From Armatimonadota bacterium (GTDB lineage Bacteria; Armatimonadota; DTGP01; JAKQQT01), in NCBI GenBank assembly GCA_029564025.1, contig JAKQQT010000075.1, positions 13,185-77,184 of the forward strand: a DNA stretch of 64,000 bases, read 5' to 3'. The notes beneath the pieces are model-generated. The model did not search any database, was not told the origin of the DNA, and saw nothing but the letters and a program-made list of their open reading frames with translations. Shown piece after piece: positions 49,321 through 57,530 of the stretch (position 1 is the first letter of the stretch; the number at the start of each line of letters is the position of its first letter). Both the position numbers and the translations under genes were made by a program.

Positions 49321-50687
49321 AGTTTCACGAGCCTTCCGGGAAGATTCTCACGACCTCTGGCGACGTTGCGCGTGTCAATGAAGAGACGGCAGTGCGGCAG
49401 GATGCTCTCCCAGTCGTAAGCAGAGTGGTCGGTTACAACAATCACGGCATCCTGATCCCGAAGCAGATCGGGGGTCAGATGCGCGCTTTCCGATGTCCAA
49501 CCCTCGTGCGATGTCCCGGGCACGAACGGATCGTTGTACCGCACCACGGCGCCTTTCGCCCTGAGCAACTGGATAATCTCAAAGGCCGGACTCTCGCGAA
49601 CGTCGTCCACGTCCTTCTTGTAGGCCAGGCCGAGGACCAGCACGCGACTGCCGCGCAAGGCCTTGCCGTCTTCATTCAGACCGTCGCCCACCAGATGCAC
49701 CACGTGCTCTGGCATGTGTCCGTTCACCTCGCCGGCCAGGCCGATGAACTTGGCTTCAAAGCCTGAGAGACGCGCTTTCCACGCCAGGTAATAGGGATCA
49801 AGCGGAATGCAGTGGCCGCCGATTCCGGGACCGGGAAGGTGCTTCATGAAACCGAACGGTTTTGTAGCGGCCGCGTCGATAACCTCCCAAACATCAACGC
49901 CCAGATGGTGGCACATCAAAGCCAGTTCGTTCACCAGTCCGATGTTGACGGCGCGGAAGGTGTTCTCCAGCAACTTCGCCGTTTCGGCGACCTTCGCCGA
50001 TGAAACCGGAAGCACCACGTCCACAGCTCCACGATAGAGGGCCAACGCCTTCTCGGTGCAGACCGGGGTAACCCCGCCAACAATCTTGGTGATCGACCGT
50101 GTCTGATGTGTGGGGCTTCCGGGATCGACCCGTTCCGGCGAGAATGCAAGGAAGAAGTCGGTACCCACCTTGAGACCCGAAGCCTCGAACTTGGGCAGTA
50201 GAATCTCCTCGGTGGTACCCGGATATGTTGTGCTTTCCAGCACGACGAGGTGTCCCGGCTTCAGCCTTCTGGCGATTTCCTCGGCCGCGGCCACGATGTA
50301 GGTCACATCGGGATCTTTCGTCTTGCGCAACGGCGTCGGCACGGCGATGACAATCGCGTCCACCTCGCGCAATACGTCAAAGTCCGTCGTTGCCGACAAG
50401 GTTCCGTTCGCAATCAGAGCTTTCAGATCGTCCGAGGGAACATCCGGGATGTACGATTCTCCCTTGTTGATGCTGTCCACTTTTCGCGCGTCTACTTCCA
50501 GGCCGATGACGCGTCGGGATGCGCGGGCAAACTCTACCGCAAGCGGGAGTCCCACATAGCCAAGGCCGATGACGGCGACGGAGGCGGGACCGGAATCGAG
50601 CGACAAGCCGGTTTCAGGGTTGGTTTGGGGTGTGTTGGCAGGCAATATTTCGTCCGTATGGCTACCGGGCCCGTGTGGTGTTAACAA
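49317..50687 (-). CDS. Nucleotide-sugar dehydrogenase (UDP-N-acetyl-hexosamine/UDP-glucose 6-dehydrogenase family)
   Basis: NAD-binding VAVIGLGYVGLPLA, catalytic GGHCIPLDP, and a C-terminal UDPG_MGDP_dh domain. About 30 aa of N-terminal extension means the start (TTG 50687) is uncertain. Confidence 0.85.
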   Translation of the reverse strand: MLTPHGPGSHTDEILPANTPQTNPETGLSLDSGPASVAVIGLGYVGLPLAVEFARASRRVIGLEVDARKVDSINKGESYIPDVPSDDLKALIANGTLSATTDFDVLREVDAIVIAVPTPLRKTKDPDVTYIVAAAEEIARRLKPGHLVVLESTTYPGTTEEILLPKFEASGLKVGTDFFLAFSPERVDPGSPTHQTRSITKIVGGVTPVCTEKALALYRGAVDVVLPVSSAKVAETAKLLENTFRAVNIGLVNELALMCHHLGVDVWEVIDAAATKPFGFMKHLPGPGIGGHCIPLDPYYLAWKARLSGFEAKFIGLAGEVNGHMPEHVVHLVGDGLNEDGKALRGSRVLVLGLAYKKDVDDVRESPAFEIIQLLRAKGAVVRYNDPFVPGTSHEGWTSESAHLTPDLLRDQDAVIVVTDHSAYDWESILPHCRLFIDTRNVARGRENLPGRLVKL

Positions 50688-50719
50688 TCACGCCGCGGGG
50701 CCCGGTTATGATCACGCGT

Positions 50720-51877
50720 CTACCGGTAGTACCGGAACATGTAGATAAGGGGGGTGACTTCCAGTAAGGACTGAAGCAGGTTCTTCTTGGGTCCCTTGTC
50801 TTCCTTGGGCGGCAGTTGCTCCACCACGACCGTCGAACCGCGGTCCAGCGCGAAGTTCTGCGAGGAATCGCCCAGGTCAAGATACTTTTTGAAGTCCGCC
50901 GGCTTCGGTGTTCCGCCGCCCTTCGGCACAACGCGAATCTTCTCGGTAACCGCTCGCTCGGCGAATCCGCCCGCTTTGGTTACGGCGTCCATCACGGTCA
51001 TGCCCTCTTCCCACGGGAACGAACCGGGCGTTTTCACACCGGCTCCGGTGACGATGACCTGCGAGTTGCGGTTGTTGGTGACGTGGATCACATCGTCCGC
51101 CTGCAGGTAAAGATTCGTTGTCTCGGGACTCTCGTCGCCGCGGGCTTCCGCCTCAAGATTCAGAGTTACGGTATTGCCGTCCTTATGAATCAGTTTGACA
51201 ACGGACTTGTCCGCGGTATCTTTGAAGCCTCCAGCCGCCTGAATCGCTTCCATCGGGGTCATGTTGCGCTTCAGGTCCTTCTCGCCGGGAGTCACAACTT
51301 CGCCAAGCACCTTCACTTTGCCGTCGATCTCTTTCGGAACATGCAGGCGGTCCCCCTGTTCGATTCGGAGGTTGAGGTTCATGTCCCCCTTCATCAACTT
51401 GTCGAGGTCGATGGTATTGGACTCACTGCCTCGGAACAGAATGGCGCCGGACTTGTTAGCCGTTTCCTTGAGGCCGCCGGCTTTCTGAATCAGGTCCAGA
51501 AGGCGGGCATCCGGCTTGACCTTGATTTCGCCGGGGGTCATCACTTCGCCCGTCACCCACACGCCGGTATTGGTGGGATTGGTGACCTCAACCGTAACGG
51601 CAGGATTCTTGATGTACTCGGAAAGCTTCTTTGTGATTTCCGCCTGCAGTTCCAGCGCGGTCTTGCCGGACGCGACCACCTCGCGGATCATCGGCATGAA
51701 AATCTTGCCTTCATCGTTGACGATGTACGATTTTGTGAGTTCGTTCTCGCCGACGACCTTGATGCTGACGGAATCGCCGGACGTAATCGTGTACTCTTTG
51801 GCGTAAGCGGACTGGGTGACAACAACCATCGCCGCCATCGCCAAGACGGCCAGCCAGGCCCGTCTAATTGACTTCAT
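50720..51877 (-). CDS. Polysaccharide export protein (Wza-like, Poly_export + multiple SLBB repeats)
   Basis: Signal peptide, YTITSGDSVSIKV (Poly_export motif), and repeated V.V.G.V..PG SLBB-like units. GGAGGA SD. Confidence 0.8.
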   Translation of the reverse strand: MKSIRRAWLAVLAMAAMVVVTQSAYAKEYTITSGDSVSIKVVGENELTKSYIVNDEGKIFMPMIREVVASGKTALELQAEITKKLSEYIKNPAVTVEVTNPTNTGVWVTGEVMTPGEIKVKPDARLLDLIQKAGGLKETANKSGAILFRGSESNTIDLDKLMKGDMNLNLRIEQGDRLHVPKEIDGKVKVLGEVVTPGEKDLKRNMTPMEAIQAAGGFKDTADKSVVKLIHKDGNTVTLNLEAEARGDESPETTNLYLQADDVIHVTNNRNSQVIVTGAGVKTPGSFPWEEGMTVMDAVTKAGGFAERAVTEKIRVVPKGGGTPKPADFKKYLDLGDSSQNFALDRGSTVVVEQLPPKEDKGPKKNLLQSLLEVTPLIYMFRYYR

Positions 51878-52060
51878 AAACTATCCTCCACAATTCCCGG
51901 GAGTCGCCCGGACGTGTTTCCATCAGGTTCCCAAAACTGCAGTGCCCGCAAGAAGCACAGGAAAGCGGACCCACGAAGGTCCCTGCTTTCATCCTCGCGG
52001 TTCCGATGTCGCGGCGCCTCAAACCGGCGCCTGAATCAAGATTGCCGTCATAAACATACT

Positions 52061-52080
52061 ATCGCAAGATATCGTGCGAT
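52061..52080. promoter_or_regulatory. 20-bp near-perfect palindrome (candidate operator) upstream of the polysaccharide operon
   Basis: ATCGCAAGATATCGTGCGAT has 18/20 positions symmetric around a GATATC core. It lies 184 nt upstream of the Wza-like start in a 269-nt non-coding gap. Confidence 0.35.
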
Positions 52081-52146
52081 GACGAGAGAGAAACGCCCGC
52101 GCTTGCCGCTTTTCGCGAATCCCGGCCTTCCAAGCGCGTCACATGG

Positions 52147-53151
52147 TCAAGACGACGTTGAATCCGTGAGGTTTCGCCAATAATCACTCAACCATCGCCG
52201 GGCCCCGAAAGGCAGTGTCACAAAGCGCAGGCCTGCACACGACAAACCCGAATCCCCGCGCTTCCGTGTCCACACTACCTCGGATTCCCACTGGATTCCG
52301 GCTTCGGAGCCTTCCAACGGTTGCAGAACCAACCTCTCGCCCGCGGCGAAGGCGCCCTTCCCTTCCATCATCAGGCCGTTTTCACTGATGTTGCGAACCG
52401 TCCACGCAACTGGCAGGTCTTCCGGTTGGCTCGCTGAACGAACCATCACCATAAAGCGGACCGGCTTCCTGACTTCAACTCGACGCTGAACCCGTTGAAT
52501 AAGGTCCGGTTTGCGAAGCGTCAAATGGTTGTCGCGCCGCCAGGCCAGAACGGTCGAACGAAACTCATACAGGGCATCCGTGCCCGGCGATGAAATCAAC
52601 AACTCCTCGCCAACGCCGGGGCGCTCGGGCCAATAGTCTCTCGGATTGAACGATACTTCCAGCGTGTCCAGGTTCTGCCACTCAACAACCCCGCGATGGC
52701 TGGATTCCACGGGATCCGAGGGAGCCCGAACCAGCAACAGCCTTCCCGCGATAAACGGTGAGTATCCGGCGTGATCCCTGCCGGATGCACCTCCTGCCAG
52801 CACCTGGTCAACCGATCGGACAAGTTCCTCAATGTCAAACGGTTTCTGGAGGAACACGATTTCCGGGTCCAATTCGTCCGGCCGGGCGTACGGGCTGATC
52901 AGCACGACTGGAAGTTCCGGCTGAATGGCGCGCATCGCTCTCAACGCGTCCAGTCCGTCCAGGTCCGGCAACGACAGGTCCAGCACAACCGCCCCGATCG
53001 GATACCGCCGCATCGCCATCAGCGCTGAGGCGGCATTGAACGCCGACAGCGTAACGTAGCCGGACTGGCGAAGACGCGCTTCAAGGACGCGAACGAGATT
53101 CTGTTCGTCGTCCACCACCAGCACGACCTGCCTCTGAAAGCCCGGTTCCAC
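52147..53151 (-). CDS. Response regulator receiver + YcgR-like PilZN + PilZ (c-di-GMP receptor) protein
   Basis: REC: VVDDEQ, VVLDLSLPDLDG, VVLIS, QKPF. PilZ motifs: RRVEVR (RxxxR) and NISENG (N/DxSxxG). GTG start. Confidence 0.75.
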   Translation of the reverse strand: MEPGFQRQVVLVVDDEQNLVRVLEARLRQSGYVTLSAFNAASALMAMRRYPIGAVVLDLSLPDLDGLDALRAMRAIQPELPVVLISPYARPDELDPEIVFLQKPFDIEELVRSVDQVLAGGASGRDHAGYSPFIAGRLLLVRAPSDPVESSHRGVVEWQNLDTLEVSFNPRDYWPERPGVGEELLISSPGTDALYEFRSTVLAWRRDNHLTLRKPDLIQRVQRRVEVRKPVRFMVMVRSASQPEDLPVAWTVRNISENGLMMEGKGAFAAGERLVLQPLEGSEAGIQWESEVVWTRKRGDSGLSCAGLRFVTLPFGARRWLSDYWRNLTDSTSS

Positions 53152-53223
53152 GTGCGGCGATACCCCTTTATGCTCCGGTTATAGACACCGGATTCGCTCT
53201 CCTCAGGGGTATCTCAGCAAGAA

Positions 53224-54768
53224 TCAAGCCAAGGCGTCCGACGCTTCCCCGGCGGCATTCGCCTTCGAGATGCCGTTTTCTTCGCGGCTCAAACCGTGCT
53301 TCTTAACGTTGTAGCGCATGCTGCGGAATGAAATGCCGAGCAGTTCCGCCGCGCGCGTCAGATTCCAGTCCGTGCTCTCGAGCGCTTCTATAAGCATCCG
53401 GCGTTCCGTTTCGGCTACCACGCCATTGAAATCGGTCGGTTTCGGCGCCTCCGTTCCGTTGCCTGGCGACGGCGGCGGCACAACCGGTGTCGGCGCCGGC
53501 GCATTTCCGTTGACAGGCGGTGCCTGCGTTACGGTTGGAGGGGCTTCTGTTATCGGCGCCAAACGTTTCACTCCCTGCCCCAGTTGCACATGCAACGGAA
53601 GAAGATCGGGGGTGATGGTGGAAGCGCCCTCGTCCGCCATGACAACGGCATGTTCAACGGCATTTTCCAGTTCACGGATATTGCCGGGCCAGTCATAACG
53701 TTGAAGCAACTCCATGGACGCCTCGTCCACGGTCCGGACACGCCGGTCGTCCTGTTCGCCGTACTTTTTCAGGAAATACTCCACGAGGAACGGGATATCT
53801 TCCTTCCGTTCGCGCAGAGGCGGCAACTTGATCTGAATGACGCTGACGCGGTAATAAAGGTCTTCGCGGAAATCGCCGCGGGTGACGGCCGCCTCCAGGT
53901 CGCGGTTGCTGGCGGCGATCAGGCGAACATCCATCCGAATGGGCTTAATGCCGCCGACCCGGTCGAATTCCCGTTCCTGCAGAACACGCAACAACTTGAT
54001 CTGAACATGCGGGGCAATGTCACCAATCTCGTCGAGGAACAGCGTGCCTCCCTCCGCCAACTCGAACCTTCCGGCCTTTTGCCACAGGGCTCCGGTGAAG
54101 GCCCCCTTCTCGTGGCCGAACAACTCGCTTTCGAGAAGTTCAGACGGAAGTGCCGCGCATGAGACCGCCACGAAGCGCTTAGCCGCTCGGACGCTGTTGT
54201 AGTGCAGGGCGCGCGCCACAAGTTCCTTGCCGGTTCCCGACTCTCCCCGTATCAGTACATTGGTGCGCGACTTGGATGCCTTGGCGATCAGGGAGTAAAC
54301 TTCCTGCATCGGTTCGCTGTAACCGATGATGTTGTCGAACTTGTACCGTGTGTGGAGTTCGCGACGGAGGTAATCGTTCTCGCGCTGAAGGCTTCGCTGG
54401 CGAATGGCGCGTTCGATCTTAAGCCGCATCTCCTCCGCGTCAAACGGTTTGCACACGTAGTCAAAAGCCCCGGCTTTCATCGCGGCGACGGCCGTTTCCA
54501 CGTCGCTGTGAGCCGTCATGATCAACAGGGGCACTTCGGAACCGCGTTCGCGAAGGTTCCGAAGAAGGTCGATACCGTTCAGATCAGGCATCATCAAATC
54601 GGTGATGACGGCGTCGATCTCGGTATCTGCGGCAATCGCCTCCAGAGCCGCGTTGCCTTGATTGAAGGTTGTTACTTTATAGCCGGCGCACTCGAAGATT
54701 CCAGATAGTGCGCGGCAGATGCTCGGTTCGTCGTCAACGACGACCAGGCGTCCCAAAGGTTGTTCCAT
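53224..54768 (-). CDS. Sigma-54-dependent response regulator (NtrC/AtoC type; PrsR-like context)
   Basis: REC (VVVDDEPS, ITDLMMPDLNG), AAA+ with GESGTGKE and the GAFTGA loop (EKGAFTGAL), a Pro-rich linker, and a Fis-type HTH (NLTRAAELLGISFRSMRYNVKK). Confidence 0.88.
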   Translation of the reverse strand: MEQPLGRLVVVDDEPSICRALSGIFECAGYKVTTFNQGNAALEAIAADTEIDAVITDLMMPDLNGIDLLRNLRERGSEVPLLIMTAHSDVETAVAAMKAGAFDYVCKPFDAEEMRLKIERAIRQRSLQRENDYLRRELHTRYKFDNIIGYSEPMQEVYSLIAKASKSRTNVLIRGESGTGKELVARALHYNSVRAAKRFVAVSCAALPSELLESELFGHEKGAFTGALWQKAGRFELAEGGTLFLDEIGDIAPHVQIKLLRVLQEREFDRVGGIKPIRMDVRLIAASNRDLEAAVTRGDFREDLYYRVSVIQIKLPPLRERKEDIPFLVEYFLKKYGEQDDRRVRTVDEASMELLQRYDWPGNIRELENAVEHAVVMADEGASTITPDLLPLHVQLGQGVKRLAPITEAPPTVTQAPPVNGNAPAPTPVVPPPSPGNGTEAPKPTDFNGVVAETERRMLIEALESTDWNLTRAAELLGISFRSMRYNVKKHGLSREENGISKANAAGEASDALA

Positions 54769-54988
54769 CGTGGTCTCTCCACAACCTGCCCAGTGGCGGG
54801 AGGGAACACTGCGCGGCGAATCAGAAGAACCTTCCGCGGTTCACGGATTCGCTCAGATATTATTGGAGGTTGCCTTGCACCGGTCCTGCACCCCAACGCT
54901 TTCCATCACGCGTCGGGCGGCATTGCAACACTTCCGCCGTGATTGTGCTTCATTTCACGCGTTGTTGGCAACTTCCGACGTAAAAAAA

Positions 54989-56395
54989 CTATCGGAGCGC
55001 CCGTTGCCTTGTCGAGAGGATGTTCAGTTCCTCCCGGTATTTCATCACCGTGCGCCTTGCCACCTGGTATCCGCGCTCCTTGAGGATGTCGGATATACGC
55101 TGGTCGCTCAGCGGGCGGCGGCGGTCTTCCGCCTCGATCAACTCCGCCACCATCTGCTTCAGATTAGTCGCCCGGCCGAAGAAGAATGAGAACGGCACAA
55201 CGTCACCATCCGGCATCTGCAGATACTTTTCGGCGACCGTGCGGCTGACGGTAGACTCGTGTACGTGCAACATGGCCGCAATGTTCGTCTGTGTCAGCGG
55301 CACCAGATCGTGAGGATTCAAGGACCGGAAGAAGGCCTCCTGGTGCTCCAGTATGCACTCCGTAACGCGCAGTAGAAGCTCCTTCCGCTGACCCAGACTG
55401 CGCATGAACATATGCGCGCGCATCCAGTATTCGTTCAGCGCCTTCCGTTCGGCTTCGGGAAAACTCCCCGGATCAGCCTGCATTTGCCGAAGAAGCCGAG
55501 TGTATTCGGCGTCCAGTCGCAGTTGCGTCCGCTCGTGGTCCAGCACCGTCACAATCAACGAACCGTCGTCGCCGTATGAAACCAACACATCGGGTCGAAT
55601 CGAAGGTTCCGAGCGGTGCCTGTCTGTTTCCCACGGTTCGCGGAAGTTCTCACCCGGGTGCGGGCACAGAGTCTTCCGAATCCAGGCAACCCCCTCTTCG
55701 GCCTCTTCCTGGCTCACCTGCAGGATCTTGGCAAGAGCGCCGATCTTGTTTGACGAGAGGGGTTTCCAACAATCCTCAATCATCGCACGAGCCAGCGGAT
55801 GCGGCTGTTGTTCTTCATCACGCTCCAGCGCCCTGATCTGAATAAGCAGGCACTCGCGCAGATCGCGAGCACCCACACCGATCGGGTCCAGGGATTGGAC
55901 CACAGCCAACGCCGCTTCCACGTCCTCAGCCGGCACCCCCAGGATACGAACCACATCCTCGACGGAAACCGTGAGATAACCGGAGTGGTTGAGACAGGAT
56001 ACCAGAAACTCGATAATCTTGTGCAGTCTTGTTTCCGCAACGGCACGAGCCTGCCACATAAGATGCTCGCCAAGCGTGGGTCTCTGCTCAATCTGACCCA
56101 GCGGATCGCTGTAATCCGATGCGGCAACCGATGTTCCGCTTTCGTATCTGTCCGGAACTCCGTCCTCCATGACACGGCGCTCCGGGAGCGGCAGATGGCA
56201 CTTGCAACGGGCAGGGGGTTCTCCGCACTTTTCGCAGAATTCGTCCTCGGACCTCTCGAGTAGCGGATTCTCCAGAAGCTCCAGATCGATAGCTTCCTGT
56301 AACTCGGTACAGGACATGTGCAGGATAGTGTTGGCAAGGATCAGGCGGGGGTCCGCCTTTACCTGTGTTCGCAGGACTTGTGATTGTGTCTGCAT
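54989..56395 (-). CDS. rpoN: RNA polymerase sigma-54 factor
   Basis: N-terminal Gln/Leu-rich region I, core-binding domain, and a C-terminal HTH plus RpoN box (ARRTVMKYRE). Confidence 0.9.
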   Translation of the reverse strand: MQTQSQVLRTQVKADPRLILANTILHMSCTELQEAIDLELLENPLLERSEDEFCEKCGEPPARCKCHLPLPERRVMEDGVPDRYESGTSVAASDYSDPLGQIEQRPTLGEHLMWQARAVAETRLHKIIEFLVSCLNHSGYLTVSVEDVVRILGVPAEDVEAALAVVQSLDPIGVGARDLRECLLIQIRALERDEEQQPHPLARAMIEDCWKPLSSNKIGALAKILQVSQEEAEEGVAWIRKTLCPHPGENFREPWETDRHRSEPSIRPDVLVSYGDDGSLIVTVLDHERTQLRLDAEYTRLLRQMQADPGSFPEAERKALNEYWMRAHMFMRSLGQRKELLLRVTECILEHQEAFFRSLNPHDLVPLTQTNIAAMLHVHESTVSRTVAEKYLQMPDGDVVPFSFFFGRATNLKQMVAELIEAEDRRRPLSDQRISDILKERGYQVARRTVMKYREELNILSTRQRALR

Positions 56396-56486
56396 ACAAA
56401 CGGCTCCACGTCGGAACGTGGCACAGCGTGAAGGATGGCCGGATTGGCAACTTATATGCCAATGATACCGGATTTGGGAGTCATGT

Positions 56487-57530
56487 TCAACCGCTTTGTG
56501 CTGAAATCGGTAGAATCACGGTCATAATCGTGCCGCGGCCAACCTGACTTTGGAGCGTGATATCGCCTCCCATGCCGCGCAAGGTTGCCCGACTGATACT
56601 CAACCCGAGGCCAGCGCCCTGCGTTCCATCCGCACGCCTTGAGAAGAACGGCTCGAATATCCGCTCCGTGTTTTCCGGGTGAATTCCTACACCCGAATCC
56701 TCAAAGGCAATCTCGACGTGCGATGGTTTTCCATTATCGTACCTCAAGCGTCCTCGCACTTCGAGGTATCCTCCATTCGGCATAGCGTGGACGGCGTTGA
56801 GAAGGATGTTCAATGCCACCTGATGCAAAAGACCGGCATCGCTGAGCACGAACGGCAGATCATCGGGGAAATCCTGACGGAACTCCACTTTTACAGCACC
56901 GGGTGCCACCCTGGCCAGGCGAATGGCCTCGCCGACAACGCGAACCGCGTCGACTTCCGTAATCCGGGTGTCCTGACCCTTGGCAAATTGCAGAAGATCC
57001 CGGGCCACCTGCCCGCCCCGCATGGACTCGCGGTAGATGGTCTCGGCGGCTTCCGCAGTCTGGCTGTCGAGTTGCTCCTGCTGGGCGCGCAGTCTCAGCA
57101 ATTGCGCTTCGGCGGAGATGCCGGCCAGGATGTTGTTGAAGTTGTGGGCCACCCCCGCGGCCAGTTCGCCCGCCGCGGCAAGACGTTCTGATCGAGCAAG
57201 GCGCGCTTGGAGTCGATGTTCGTCCGTCACCTCGCGGACACACAGACAGCGGCAACCGGTTTGCGTGGCGGAACCCAGGCTGAACGCAAGATACCGGGAT
57301 TCCGTCTCTCCGTGAACCTCCACCGTGAAGTGTGCGACCTCTTCGTGTTCCAACGACTCGATCGCCGGCGCCGTGTCGTAGACAAAGGGATTGCTGACTC
57401 CCGCTGAGCGCAAAAGGCGGTCGCAGGCCCTGTTTTCCGTGATGATTTTGCCCGTGGAATCGATCAGCGCGACGGGTTCCGGCAAGGCATTCAGGAGACT
57501 TTCGAACCCGGGCGGAACCTCCCGCTTCAC
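56487..57530 (-). CDS. Soluble PAS-like sensor histidine kinase
   Basis: No TM segment. N-terminal PAS-like LLNALPEPVALIDSTGKIITEN, H-box GVAHNFNNIL, N box LLNAVHAM, G1 EDSGVGI, G2 GAGLGLSI. GTGA overlap with the upstream membrane-protein gene. Confidence 0.8.
   Translation of the reverse strand: MKREVPPGFESLLNALPEPVALIDSTGKIITENRACDRLLRSAGVSNPFVYDTAPAIESLEHEEVAHFTVEVHGETESRYLAFSLGSATQTGCRCLCVREVTDEHRLQARLARSERLAAAGELAAGVAHNFNNILAGISAEAQLLRLRAQQEQLDSQTAEAAETIYRESMRGGQVARDLLQFAKGQDTRITEVDAVRVVGEAIRLARVAPGAVKVEFRQDFPDDLPFVLSDAGLLHQVALNILLNAVHAMPNGGYLEVRGRLRYDNGKPSHVEIAFEDSGVGIHPENTERIFEPFFSRRADGTQGAGLGLSISRATLRGMGGDITLQSQVGRGTIMTVILPISAQSG

Noticed and set aside
51864-51992. 42-codon Cys-containing small ORF (MKAGTFVGPLSCASCGHCSFGNL...) in the leader, overlapping the Wza-like start.
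   Set aside because: The GAGG abuts the ATG with no spacer. The ORF runs out of frame into the wza start, and it has no compositional or contextual support.
52059-52081. The - strand reads TCGCACGATATCTTGCG, resembling a sigma-54 -24/-12 element upstream of the polysaccharide operon.
   Set aside because: It has CG instead of GG at -24, and the GG-to-GC register is 13 rather than 12 nt. Sigma-54 promoters do not tolerate this spacing change. I kept it only as a palindrome or operator candidate.
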